Shown here: positions 17,671-33,398 of the stretch, one piece after another
Layout of the letters: each line of letters begins with the position of its first letter
How positions within the stretch are numbered: position 1 is the stretch's first letter
From: the human T2T-CHM13v2.0 reference genome, Homo sapiens
Direction: 5' to 3' (one strand)
Length of the DNA: 64,000 bases
NCBI RefSeq assembly: GCF_009914755.1
Contig: NC_060933.1
The notes under the pieces: model-generated
What the model saw: only the letters and a program-made list of their open reading frames with translations
Databases searched by the model: none
Told to the model about the DNA's origin: nothing
Position numbers and translations under genes: made by a program

Positions 17671-20600
17671 CCTGTAGCAAAGCCATATACGTAGCCAAGT
17701 TTTTATGAGCCATCTGGGCAACAGGGGACGAGTCCTTGCCACACAGACCAAGGGATCCATCCAGAGGCAACAGAAGCAGCAGTAGTTTTTGTTTTTTTGT
17801 TTTAATGGTTTAAAAATCCTACAGGAATTCTGATTGGTCCCACTAACAATCCATCGAGGCTCACCAGCCGGTTGACTCCTGACCTTCCATGCTTCTCATC
17901 CTAATTAATGCAAGGTCCTTGGATCACAGTGTGAGCATCAAGACCCTGTTAGAGTTAGCAATGACCTTTACATCTATCAGGCTTTTCAAAATATGTAAAA
18001 CAGCTGTGCAGTGTGAACACCTCCCCCACCCCCCACCACACACCCTGACCAACTCTTAACCTTGAAATATGGGTAGATGCATTTTTCCTAATTATAGCGT
18101 TTTCCCCAAGTTTTTAGGAAATGACTTTTCACACAGCTAAAAACCATTTGAGATGTAGCTTTTCAATTGCCCAAGCAAACTACTGAGGCATGCAAAAAGA
18201 AGATTCTTGCAAATAGATTAATTTCCTCGGCTTAAAAAGAAACCCCAGTAGCAGGGGAACAGAAAAAAACGAATGATGTGAAAAAATTGGTGGTCGCGGG
18301 GTGGGAGATTGTTTGGTTGCCATATTTGTGCCTCTGATATCCTTTTGTTCTCCCACCTCATTGTATTAAGGATGCTAAATCAAACATGATTGCAGCGATG
18401 TTTGTGTGTGAAAATGACAAAAGCAATGGGCCAAAATCCCAACCTCATCTTGAACCCTGAGGACTTTTATGGCTTTTCCTTCACTAGGCCCTCCCCCTAA
18501 TACACATTAAAGACCACATTGTTCAAAAGGGTCATGGTAGGTTTCATACCCCATTTTAACACAACGGAAATGGTAACTGAATTTCCAAGTTTTGTTAGTA
18601 ATATTTGTATGTCCATGGAAAATGTCCATTAAAATAATCGATTCTTTGGTTTAAATATTAATGGAGAATTACAATATATCAGAGGGGCAGAATCAATTGT
18701 GTCAAGGAGGTACTGTTTGCGGTGATTAAATCAGATTTTCTTCCTGTACATCATTTTCCCCAGCAAAAGGGTACCGATTAGAGATGGGTTAAAAATATCC
18801 AGATGATGTGAGGCATCCAGATATTTTTCCTAGCCTCAAAATTGTCCAGATTATGTCAGTTTTCAACTCAAGAAGCCTAGAATAAACTAAACTTGCTAAT
18901 TTCAAGCGCAGGTCTCCCCGCCTCCCCTTATTCCATTTGTCTGTCTGCAAGCCACATTATGGACCCCCAGTTCATTTATGCATTTATTCCTGGAAGATTT
19001 CAAGTTGGGAGAAGACTATTTAAGGCTGTTTAGGATTCCATTTTTCTCAGCTGTTACCAGTCAGTTGTCACCAGTACTTTGGAAGTTTAGTAGAAGAAAG
19101 GTGGCAATGACTCCATTACTCTTTCCAAATGCCATAAAGAATTTGCATCAAGAAAGTACCTAATGAATTAATGCCTTAGTCCTCTGGAAAAGGATACAGT
19201 AAAACAGGAATGTTACAGGGTTTGGGAAAGGGGAATCTGAAAAATGAAAATCTGGGCTGGAGTAAAAGAATAACAAACTTGGTAGTGTTTTAAATATCAC
19301 AATTTCATTGGCGGAACTGCTCACTTTCCCAAGCTCAGGTGTTTTTGCTTAACACCCATATAACATGTATTAAGATGTGGCACGATATCACAACTTTAGT
19401 GCATTTAAAAATCAAATCTACAATTTTTGTAGAGTTCTTGACTATAAGTCTGGTTTAAATTATCTCAAAATAACACACTAGGAACATCTGTTTAGCTCAG
19501 TTGAAGTTTCGAGAGCCAATACCAGCTGTTCGGGGAGGGATTTCGCACATGTGTTACTCAAATCCTAACCAAATCTTAGTTTTTTCATTCCCTTAATGAT
19601 GCCTCCAAAACCAACAGGGTAAAGCAAACATTAGAATAAAAAAGAAGAGAAAAAGGGAGGGAGGAAGAGAGCAGAGAGGGGGAGAGAGAGAAGAAAAAAG
19701 ATTACTTACTCAATGCTTTGATGCATGTGACCAAGACCCAAATGATCACCCTCTCCAATTCAATACAGTATTAGCATGAGGACAAAAGGCATTTAAAAAT
19801 CAATTTGGAGTTATTTTTAGTGGGGGTTGCCTAATCTTTGCAAGTTGAGGAATGAGAATATTCCCCAACGTTGAAAGGGCACTCAAGTATTTTTCTCCTT
19901 TAAGCGGCAATCTAATTTTCACAGAGAATTCATTCGGTGTCATTGTTTTGGTTTTAGGTGTCTGTCCTGCCAGGCAGGGGCTGTGCACAAGGGCTGCATC
20001 TATCTTGAAGTGTGCACAATGGCCTCTCTTACGGCTCTCTCTCTCTCTCTGTTATTGATCCTTACAGATGCTCCAAAGCCCTTCCCCCACCTTTCTCCAA
20101 ATCCCAACCCCCATTCTGAAAGATAGCTTAAGAAATAAGACTTCCTGCCTAGCGACTGGCAGGGCTGAAAGACCAGATTGTATGACTCCACAGATCAGGC
20201 CTGCCACAGTGAAAGCTTGAATAGAGTTAACCCTCTGTGAACTAAAACAAAACATTTGTATGCCCAGCTGTGACAAAGGTTAATTTAAATGGACAAGGGC
20301 CCAATATCTAAAACCAGGCAATGCTTTTTTTACAGTAGCATTTTCACTGACCTCTTTTGTAAGCAGTTGATTTTGCCTCTTAAGATTCCAAAACCTCCTA
20401 CAACTGGGATCATTCATTTTGCTTTATTAGAATTTTCAATGAAAGATCTAGGTGAACAATTTTAAATTCATTTCCTTATTTTATGAAAGTTCTTGTTTTG
20501 GTACCGTAAGTTATTTTCTGCAGTTGAATGACTAAGAAGAACTGAAGTTTCAAAACTTAAATATGAACCAGGGGAGAACTTTCTGTGCAAACCTTTTTTC

Positions 20601-21988
20601 TCTTTCAGAGCTAGCAGACTACATATCACTAAGAGACTCAAGCTCGTCGAAAAAAAATCTAAATTCTCCAGAGTCATCCCTTCTAAACTCATGTAATTAC
20701 TGCTCTGGGACTCTGCCAGCTCCTAAACTCCTGTCCAACAGATCCAAAGCAAATCTTACTTCTTAAACTACTCCTTTCTGGAAAAGCTAGTATATCCAGG
20801 ATAGTTTAACAAAGAATTTCTATGCATACTGGGGGAGGAGGCTGTTCAAGATAAATAACAGGCCTTATATATAACTGGTATTTTCTACAAACTTTCTCTT
20901 GTTTCTGCTAACTTGCACTAAAAACCAATAATTCTGGCATGTAAGGTGCTGGGGTACAACATATAAGGGAGGAATGAAGCCAAGGTTACTAAAAAGAAGA
21001 ATGCTATTATCAGAGGGGGTCCCACTTCCCTGGTTTGTGCATCCCCAGAGTGAGAATGAAACTGCAAAGCTGCCTTTGGCAGATGTTAGCCACGCTGCAA
21101 GAGGCTGGGAAGCTTTCCCAGGACCAGCTATTTCGTAGGGTTAATGCCAGTCCTAGAAATTTATCAACTGCTTCAAAGAGTCGGGAACTCTTCTCAGTAG
21201 TGCTTGCCTTTAAGAAAACCAAACTCTTGCAAACTCTTAGCTTGTACTTCATAAACATGGCAAAACTTTAATACTAACATTCATCCATTTTATCTGTTCC
21301 TTCAGCTGTATGTGTCTTTCCTGGCCTAAATAATAAAGTTGTGGAAAAGTGGGGTTTCTCACATAACTAGGAGACTATCCCAAATAAACAAGTTATAACA
21401 CTAGTGACTATTCATTACATACACACACATGCAGAAAATGTACCCATTTAAAAAGCAACCCACTTAAAAAGAAATTAGCAATGGCTTAGTCTTATATCCC
21501 AAACTGTAAAGTATAGAAGCTCCCTACCAGAGGATGAGGTTGCCTTATCAATGGCCTCATGACCCCAATTCTATCTATAATTAACAGTAGTAAATAAGAC
21601 TTTGGCAGATAGCGAACTGGATTAAGGAATTTAAAATACAAACAACATCTGTCAAGAAATAAACAACAATTTTTAATGTAAATTTTATCTATGTACTGAC
21701 ACGTATATTTAATTTTTTTAAAATCACTATAAAATTTAAATTAATCCCCTTTCTTCTGCTCTTCATCAACCACAACAATGAATTCACTGCAGTTCTCTCT
21801 CACTTTTCTCCATTCCAAAACATTTACAGCCACTTGCTACATACATGAAAACTTTCTAGCTGAACTCTGCGAAGACACAAAAAAAACAGTTGCCTGTGGA
21901 CTGCCTCCCTTCTCCCTCAAGGCTATTTGCTCTAAACCTTCAAAGAAAATTTCTAACCCTTAGATTTGGGCCCCAGACTGTTCCTTAC

Positions 21989-22004
21989 CTTCCCATGTCT
22001 CCAT
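21989..22004 (-). CDS. NR6A1: Coding part of a putative alternative first (or cassette) exon, M-E-T-W-E plus 1 nt, phase 1
   Basis: Reverse complement reads catgaa ATG GAG ACA TGG GAA G|gtaagg. Strong AAG|GTAAGG donor, G at -3 and +4, in-frame TAG upstream, located in the Alu-free island. Resembles the short M(E/D)TWE N-termini I recall for non-mammalian GCNF. Confidence 0.65.
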
Positions 22005-22005
22005 T

Positions 22006-22047
22006 TCATGCTTCTTGTAGTCTGCTGAAAAGTTCTATTGCAGCCAT
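22006..22047 (-). other. uORF MAAIELFSRLQEA* in the leader of the METWE exon
   Basis: atg gct gca ata gaa ctt ttc agc aga cta caa gaa gca tga. The stop lies 1 nt before the main ATG and overlaps a second, out-of-frame ATG (22007-22009). Confidence 0.55.
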
Positions 22048-22089
22048 GAAGAAACAGAGATTACAGGACAAGTCCAGCTTGATGACTAC

Positions 22090-22250
22090 CCTTCCGACAC
22101 TTGGTCAATTCCTCTAAGCCGGGACTACGACAGTCATCCTCACAGGTCAGTTTACAAGCTGGTCATGTGATTGCAAAGTTCAGGCTCTAAGGTCACAACG
22201 TGTACGGAGTTCGTTTATTACCAAAGGTTATCTAAGTGGAACTGATAGAC
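22090..22250 (-). promoter_or_regulatory. Putative internal promoter of the METWE exon
   Basis: Local CpG cluster. Four co-oriented nuclear-receptor half-sites (AGGTCA 22144, TGGTCA 22160, AGTTCA 22177, AGGTCA 22190), a TCATGTGA E-box (22163) and a GTTTACA forkhead site (22150). Confidence 0.5.
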
Positions 22251-24079
22251 TTATTTTCTTTAGTTAACAATACTGCCTAGCACGTCTTTCTGAAAACTAT
22301 TATGGGAACCATTTCATGGGAAATTCTCCTCCAGTCTTCTTTAAGCTAAGATCCTAAAATTAAAAGGCAGCATTTTAAAAGAATTTATTTAAAAGGGTTC
22401 TGGTATGTGGGGCTTTTCTTCTTTTTTTTCAAGAACTATTCTATGCTATAGTCTTCCAGACTGGGTTAGAAAATTTAAAGCCAAAACCTTTCGGTCTAAG
22501 GAAAAGACAAAACGGAAACTCAATGTTAGGTATGTAGGGTTTTTCTGGGGGGTATGGGGGGCGTGCAGAAGTGGGATTCCCTGTTTTCTGTCATTACAAT
22601 AAACAATGACAAGGCAAATTCCTCTAAGAAAATTAATACACAGAGCTAAGAGTTGTTTGCAGGGCTTACTTTAACTCTAGCCCTTCATTTCCATGCTCTG
22701 GTTATCTATACTAGTTTGAAAGAATGCAAGAATGCTCTGGTTATACATATTAGTTTGGAGAAAGGAAACTAGGTCTGCAAAATCCTTTTACAAAGCAAAA
22801 GTTACTAATTTCACCACCCCCAATCCTTACCCTCAGCCAAAAGTTTACACCTTCAAACTAAGCTTCTTGCTTCATTCCCCTAAAACTCATAAGATCTTAA
22901 ACAATCATCATGCTATAGCTTCCCTGATTCATGAACCACACCAGCAGCACGCAGCAGAGTGTATAACACCGAGTGTGCACATACACACTCATACCTTACC
23001 ACAGTACCCCAAAGGCTGGCAAATTGGAGCCACGTGCTAATGGCACATGATGTCAAACATTCAGCTAAACATTCAAATATCAGGACACAATAAAAGGGCA
23101 AGCTCCACTAAGAAGGTGGAATGTCCCCAAGAGAAACTGATTTCTGAGGATAAATGCTTTTTAACTGTGTAAAATGTTTCATTCTATGAAATCTCCCCTG
23201 CCAATTTAGCTTTAGGAATAACTTAAAGGCTATGCACACTTTACAGCTGTATTCCAGAAAAAGGAGACCCTTCTTGGAGTAGGACTGGAATCTGTCACTT
23301 AGCAGCCATATAACTGAATGGCAAATATTGCTACTACCATTACTAGAGGGCTTTTCTAACCAACAGAGAGCATTAGGGTCATCTTACAAAGTAGAGCCTA
23401 AAGAGAAAGTGACCAATGATTTAGACGAGGAAAAAGGCTGTAATTTGTCTAAAAATAAATATTCTGCCACTGCCATGACACACTTTACCCCATCATAAAT
23501 ACACTGACCAGCTTTCCCACCCCCCACCCCAACCCCATAGATTAATATTTTCTTCTCAGTCCCTGTGGATTTAACGTAGTTCTTAAATGATTTTAGTAAA
23601 GTGACTACAAATAGAATGAGGGTGGAAAAAATGGAAGGGGAAGGTCCACTAGCAAAAAGCTACTCAACTGGAAACAAAGGGCAGCTCTCTGTCTCCCTTA
23701 AGGATATGGATTTATTAGAACTAAATATCTGCACACAACAGAGGTGTAGTAAGCCTCTGTGCTTTACTGCACCAACTTTTGGAGGAAAAGATGAATAAGG
23801 AGCTATTAGTCTAACTTCTGCTACCAAGACTGAAGCAGACGCCTTGATTTTCAAGGTGAGTCCAACTAACAATCCTTGATGCACCCATAAGCCTGAGAAC
23901 AAATCTTTAACATAGCTTAAGGAGACAATTAAGTTTCATCTTTGGATATAGAGCCACATTTCTTCAGCATTCTCAGTCCCACAAGTTTTTTGAGAGCACT
24001 TTATAGACTCTACTGGAAGAGGCGAGAGAAGATGAACAGACACCACACTGCCCATGTGAATGCAAAAGATGAACTCTAA

Positions 24080-24395
<316 letters not shown>

Positions 24396-24429
24396 TAATT
24401 TTTAACTACGCCTCCAAGTAAGATTGTTT

Positions 24430-24620
24430 AGCTGGGGATGGGTGTGCACACCAGTAGTCCCAGCTGTTCAGGAGGCTGAGGCAGGAGGATGGCTTGAAGC
24501 CAGGAGTTTGAGGCTGCAGTGCGCTATGATTGTGGCCTCTGAATAGTCACTGCACTCCAGCTTGGGCAACAGAGTGACCTCGTCCCTACTTAAAAAAAAA
24601 AAAAAGAAGAAGAAGAAAAA
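24430..24620 (+). mobile_element. Alu monomer (FRAM/FAM-like)
   Basis: Single arm with gcctctgaatagtcactgcactccag. Confidence 0.8.
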
Positions 24621-24798
24621 TCATTTAAGATTAACAGTACTGGAATTTATAAGTGGGAAGGAGAGAGAAAACAGGAAATCAACATTTTCTACTTGCTAAT
24701 ACTAGCTTTGAAATGTGGGAAAAAAGTAGATAAACAAAATTCTAAATCCAAACATACGTAGCATTTGCATACTGCAAATCTAATGGGGTCCAAATTAT

Positions 24799-25922
<1,124 letters not shown>

Positions 25923-26744
25923 GTCCAAATTATGAATGGCAGAACCTTAGTTAACCACCAAGAGATTGTTTCCACTTTCATTTTAAAGATGGACAAACTG
26001 AATGAAGCTCAAAGAAAGGAAGAGGCAGGAGTCATCAGACCAATAGAGAAGAAAATAAAATATCCTAGTCCTCCATTTCTTCCACTAAACCACGTATCTT
26101 GAGGACAGGAAAAGGCAAAGCCTCTTTTGAGATGTTCTTAACACCATTTCCCATATGTTTATTCAAATAGACGCTCTCAAAGATGACTGCAGATTTTGAG
26201 GCTGAAGGGGTAAGTTTAGTTCTTCAGTGTAAAACAAAAGACAGCAAATCTAGTGGCCACATGATCACTAGAATCATTTCTGCCTTATTTGTTTTTAAGA
26301 ACCTTTCAATGAATGTCTGATGCAAAGTGAAAGCCCGGTGACCATTCTCAAGGAGAGGGACTTGTATCCATTTTAGAAAATCAGGAGCATGCAGAAAATG
26401 TTTCAAATTCCTTTTTAAACTTACAGAGGTTAAAACAAAAAACAAGAGCCCAAGATCTCTGGTTCTCATCTGTCAGATCCTTGATACAGACATTCCCTAT
26501 GGCAAGGGAAAGAGTTTAATTCAACTAAATAGGAATAATGAAATCACAGTCAAATGAAGTCCATATTATCTGGGACTAAGAAGCAAAGTTCCTGAGAGTG
26601 GAGAAAGAATGAGAGCAACTAAGAACATCCTTGGATACAATTTCCAGTTATGCCTTCAACTCCTGGAGGTGGAAAGAATTCATAGTTCAGGAAAAAACTC
26701 AAGGATTGGAAACTAAAATAAAATATTCCAGAAACCAGGTTTTA

Positions 26745-28208
<1,464 letters not shown>

Positions 28209-29039
28209 TTAACAACCAAATGCAATATATGTACTTTTAGATCCTGATTTGAACCAAATAATTGTAAAAAGACATTTTTGGGACAATCCAGGAAATTTAA
28301 ATATGTGTAAGACATTTAATTAGGTAAGTTTCCTACCTGCGAACTGAGGAACCTGGAAAAGGTGAGCTTTTCCTCCATTTAAAATTTCTCACAATTCCCC
28401 AGTCAAGATTTTATCCATGAATTTTTAAAGTATCCCAATCAAGAACAGATTATAACATGAATAAATAAGTCCTTTTTGAATGAAAACAAAGGAATCAGAT
28501 ACAGAGCATATAAATATAAACGCAGTCAACTATTTTGTCTCCTGAGAGGTCTAAACAAGTTGGGACTTATTCATCACATTTGGCACCCGTGACTGTTTAC
28601 CTTCTTCTCAAGACCCAGATTGGCCCAGAGATTAATGCAAATAAATACTCTAGCCCTGAACACAGCAACAGCTCAAACTGCTGTTAAGCAACATGTGAAG
28701 CTGAAGTAAAAAAAGATCAAAGTTGTACAAAGCAAGTCTCAAACTTGGGGGCAGAGTAAAGTGACAGGCTTTCTCCTTTGGTGCTCCTATAAAGGTAGAC
28801 CACTTGAAGGTTAGTTTTTCCAAGCCAACTCTGGTTTCAGCCCTCACTTCTCTGGTTGTTTCATTTGTTCATACATCCATCTACCTGACCTAGAGACAAC
28901 GTCAGATGATATAGGAAAAGACTTCTATCTAAAAAGAACTCAGTTCTACGTGAGAATTCTGGGAAAAGGCAAGATAAAATGCCCCCATTAAGTGTGGCAT
29001 GATCTCATTGAGTCCCATCAGTGGTTCCCAGGAACCTAT

Positions 29040-29520
29040 GGTATAAAGGCCCACACTCCTAAGGCCCTCCCTCTATAACCCAGCTCTTCCTGACTTCTCC
29101 AGCTTCATTTCCCACCACTCCTCTTAAGTACCCATTACTCCAGCCATGCTGACCCACTTACTTATAGTGCAAATATTATACTAAGCTATTCCATTTGCCT
29201 GGAATAACTCTTTTCACTATTTCCTTATAGTTTCCACTCCCACTTACTAATCTTACTGGACTCAATTTAAAAATCACCTCCTCTGTAAAATATTTTAAGA
29301 CTCCATTCTCCCAGACTTAAACTCAAAGTCAAATCGCACCCTTCTTCCCTTCTGCCTGGATCCCTAAAATATACTACGACATTACTCATCACGTAGTATT
29401 TTTATTTTACAATTCTATCCTTTCTTATTAATCTCATGTACTCCAAAGAGTCAAGCCCAGGGCTGTCTTCAGTTTAGTATTTAAAAGGCTTTCATAATAC
29501 ATTAAAGCAATTAGATGGCT
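29040..29520 (+). mobile_element. L2 fragment
   Basis: ccagcttcatttcccaccactc...tgcctggaataactc...aatcacctcctctg. Confidence 0.6.
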
Positions 29521-30756
29521 CCTCGAGAGGTGTGTGTGTTGTGTGGGTGGGGTACAGTTCTTCTGTTGAATTTCTTAATAGTGCATTCATATTCTTCTTC
29601 ATTTTCACATTTTCTAACTCTTTCATCTTACCTCACGACAGGTTTTTTCCCCTAGACAAACTCTACTTCAGAGTCTCCCATGTTTCAGGCCCTGTGTTAA
29701 ATATACATTTTCTGATTTAGAAGCCTACCTGAGACTAAATCTTCCAACAATGAAGGGCTGGTACTGGTAGTCAAAGGTTCCTGATCAATATGTCATTTGC
29801 TGGGTTCCTGCATCAGTGTAGAACCACCTGTTGCTGACGATCTTTTGATTAACATATATAACATATGTATCCGTCACTGGATTCCGAAATATGAGACCAA
29901 GGACTGTGCCCCATATTTTTGCCAACCAGTGTATCTCCAGTGCTTGAATATTTGTTGACTGAAGAAAGGAAGGAAAGGAGCTGCTTCAGAAAGCAGCAAC
30001 ATAGGAAAGGGGGAAAAAAAACCTTCAGGAATACAAATAGACCACCTTAGGCCAGCCATTCCCGCAAAGCCAAAACCAGTTTTCCCAGTCCCAATTCCAA
30101 CTCCAGCAAATCTTACCCATACACAGAGCTCTCCTCTAATTGAGGGATTGGCTGTAATAAATCTGACAAGATCAGTTGCAAATCAGCAAGTGGCAATCCT
30201 ACCTGCACCAGTTCTATCCCTTTCCACTCTACTAAAAATTGAACTCTCTAAGGATAGGCATAGGTAAAAGAAAGGACAATGAGGGCTTACGCAGTCTTTC
30301 TTTAGGGTAGAACTTGGCTCCTGATGGCAAAGGAATCCATTTTTATCCAACAAGAAATAACGCACATAATCCCAATCTGAGTCAACTACACTCAGCAACT
30401 GAGCCTTATCCTAGGTCCTGGAGTCAGGAACTGCTCCCCTGAATCTCACATCCTGATATCCAACTGCCTCCTGGGCACCTCCACCTAGATGTATCCATCA
30501 TAAGCACCTCAGACAAGTCCAAACTTGTCTTCCTTTAAAACTCTGTTCCTCTCTCTGGCCCCCCTGTTCAGTGAAAGGCATCAACCACCCAAGCCAAAAA
30601 CCTGGCACTCTTTCCATGGCTCCTTCCTCCTCTTTGACTATACCCACATACAACCTGTCATAAATCCTGTCTTTTCTACCCCCTCAAAAGTAGCTGAATC
30701 AGCTACCCTGAAGAGGTATTTACTAAACAAAGATGGGATAATTTGAGCATCACTTA

Positions 30757-31065
<309 letters not shown>

Positions 31066-31560
31066 ATTTTTAAAATGAAAAAAATATTAAGGGGAAAAAT
31101 CAGTATTTATCTTGCCTTTCCTAGATGAATTATACCACAGGGTAATAAACAGCTATGGACAAATTTCTTTATAGAAGCATTCCAGAGGATAAACAAACAA
31201 GAAATACTGGAATTAGAATAACACCGTGAAATAATAGATCCTAGATACCAATCATCAAACGCTGCTAACCATTACAAAAAGAAAGAACAAGACAGTACAT
31301 ATCTTCTGATGGAAGAACTCAACACCCCCATGAAGTAGTCTTGCCAAAAATGTTGGATCTGAAGGCTTGAAGTTGACTAAGTCTCTATATCCATCTTCTA
31401 AAATAAAAGAACTACAAAGTTCAGAATAACACATTCATCTACATTACAAGGATGTAATCGGCAATATCTGGGTGTGGTAAATTCAGCAAGACAAACCACC
31501 AACGTCTCAACTTAGAGGGGGAAAAAAGATGGAGGAGAAAATCTACAGATTAGGAAAACT

Positions 31561-31860
31561 AACCTGGGCAACAAAGTGAGATCCATCTTTACAAAAAATT
31601 TGCCAGGTGTGGTGATGCATGTGCCTGTAGTCCTAGCTACTTGAGAGGCGTGAGTATCACTTGAGCCAGGAGTTCTAGGCTACACTGAGCTGTGATCATG
31701 CCACTGCATTCCAGCCACTCCAGCTTGGGTGACAGAGCAAGAGTGAGAGTCTGTCTCTTAAAAACAAAAAACCCTCGCATCACTGCACTCCAGCCTGGGC
31801 AACAGAGCACGACTCTGCCTCAAAAAACAAAAACAAAAGAACACCAAATAAACAAACAAA
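31561..31860 (+). mobile_element. Truncated AluJ plus a second Alu 3' end
   Basis: Two successive cactgcactccagc...aaaa ends. Confidence 0.8.
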
Positions 31861-32079
31861 CCCCACACTTTTAAAGGATAAGGATACATACTGGAATATT
31901 AACAAATGAAATAATGATACTTAAGATTTGCTTCAAAATAAAATGGAAAATGAATGGGTGGAACTATGAGTAGGACAGGGTTAGCCCTTCGATGATGGTT
32001 GTTGAGGCTGGGTACATGGCTTCATTATACTACTTTGTATTTCTATTTTTGTTTTATAAAAATTAAAGCACACAAACAA

Positions 32080-32695
32080 ATCTTGAATCCATCTATTTGT
32101 TTCTGTCATCACTCTCACAGTCTTGACCACCACTATCTCCCATCTGGCTTATTTTAGTAGCTTCCTTTATGGGTATGTCTTGCTTGCTCCTTGCTTTTTC
32201 CTTTCTCTTTTTCTGCATCACCTTCCTGCAATCCATTCTCCATCCTGGCTGCTAAGACTCAAAACCATGCCAGTTCTACTTAAAACCTTTCACGGCCTTC
32301 AGAATAAAGCACCTTCCCAACCTCATAAGAGCCTTCCTCTCCCTTCTCCCTTCTCATATTCCCAATGCTCTCAGCAAATAGTGCTATTTGCAGTTTCCCA
32401 AATGCGCCTTTGCATGTAGTGTTACTTCTGCCTAGCTAGTTTCCATGAATTATTTAATGATCAGCAAATTCAGGCATGACATCTTCTATGAAATATTCTC
32501 CTACTCTTCCCTGCCCTAAAGGTTCCAATTCTATGAATGTCCACCATTTCATCCCTTTGTGTGCCTGCCTCCATGTGTCTATGGGTCTGTGAATATTCCA
32601 AGAACAAGGGACCAGGGTTTGATTCATTTCTGTATTCCTGGAATCTATCACAGAACATAGCAAAAATGGGTACTTGATATATGTCTGATGGATTA
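32080..32695 (+). mobile_element. L2 fragment
   Basis: ttaaaacctttcacggcc...gattcatttctgtattcctggaatctatcacagaacatag. Confidence 0.6.
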
Positions 32696-33398
32696 AAAAA
32701 AAAAGGCCTAGGCTTCCAAGAAATCCATAATTCTATAGAAAGAGCTAAATAAAATAAGGGGCAGCCTGGAATTATATACTTTGGAGTCAGACAAACTTGG
32801 TATCAAATAGCAACTATACAACATGCATTAATTTTGTAAACTTGGGCAAGGCACTTCAATTCTCCTAAGTCTGTTAAATGGGAACAGTGATTCTTCAGGG
32901 TTATTGATTAAATAAGTATACAGTTCAAACTAACTAAAATTATCTTTAATAACACAACTCTATGTTCACGTGACAGTGAGGTAATTTAACAAACTCCAAG
33001 AACACAGGGTATGTGCCATCACCCGCTGGCAGCTTGTCTGACCCCAAAGGCCATGGGCACCTCCCTGTCAATAGGAACTTGATAAACTGAGGAAAGGGGA
33101 TATTGCTTCCCTGCTACTTTCTAAGTTCCTGCTCCCTTTCTGTGTATATTCACTCATCTTTCTCTTTGGTGAATCCTGAAATATTATTCAATCCTGGGCT
33201 TTGGAACTCAGGTTTTTGTTAGTTTAACCTTTAAATATGTTGAGTAAAGGGAACAGGTATCAGAGATTGGGATACATACTCCAGCACAAGGGACAATAAA
33301 ACTTGATGCTGCTCCTGGACATCCTGGAACTGCAACTCAGGCCCCATTCTCTCAAGCTCAGGACTTTTTATTTTTTCTTTTATAGAAAGATAGAATAA

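Noticed and set aside
23056-23076. aacattca twice, resembling the 5' end of miR-181
   Set aside because: Only 8 nt match and there is no hairpin. I did not see a mature miR-181 sequence in this window.
23842-23861. Plus-strand donor-like caag|gtgagt within the palindrome ccttga-ttt-tcaagg
   Set aside because: No convincing upstream acceptor or ORF. The similarity to TCAAGGTCA is one mismatched site and could be chance.
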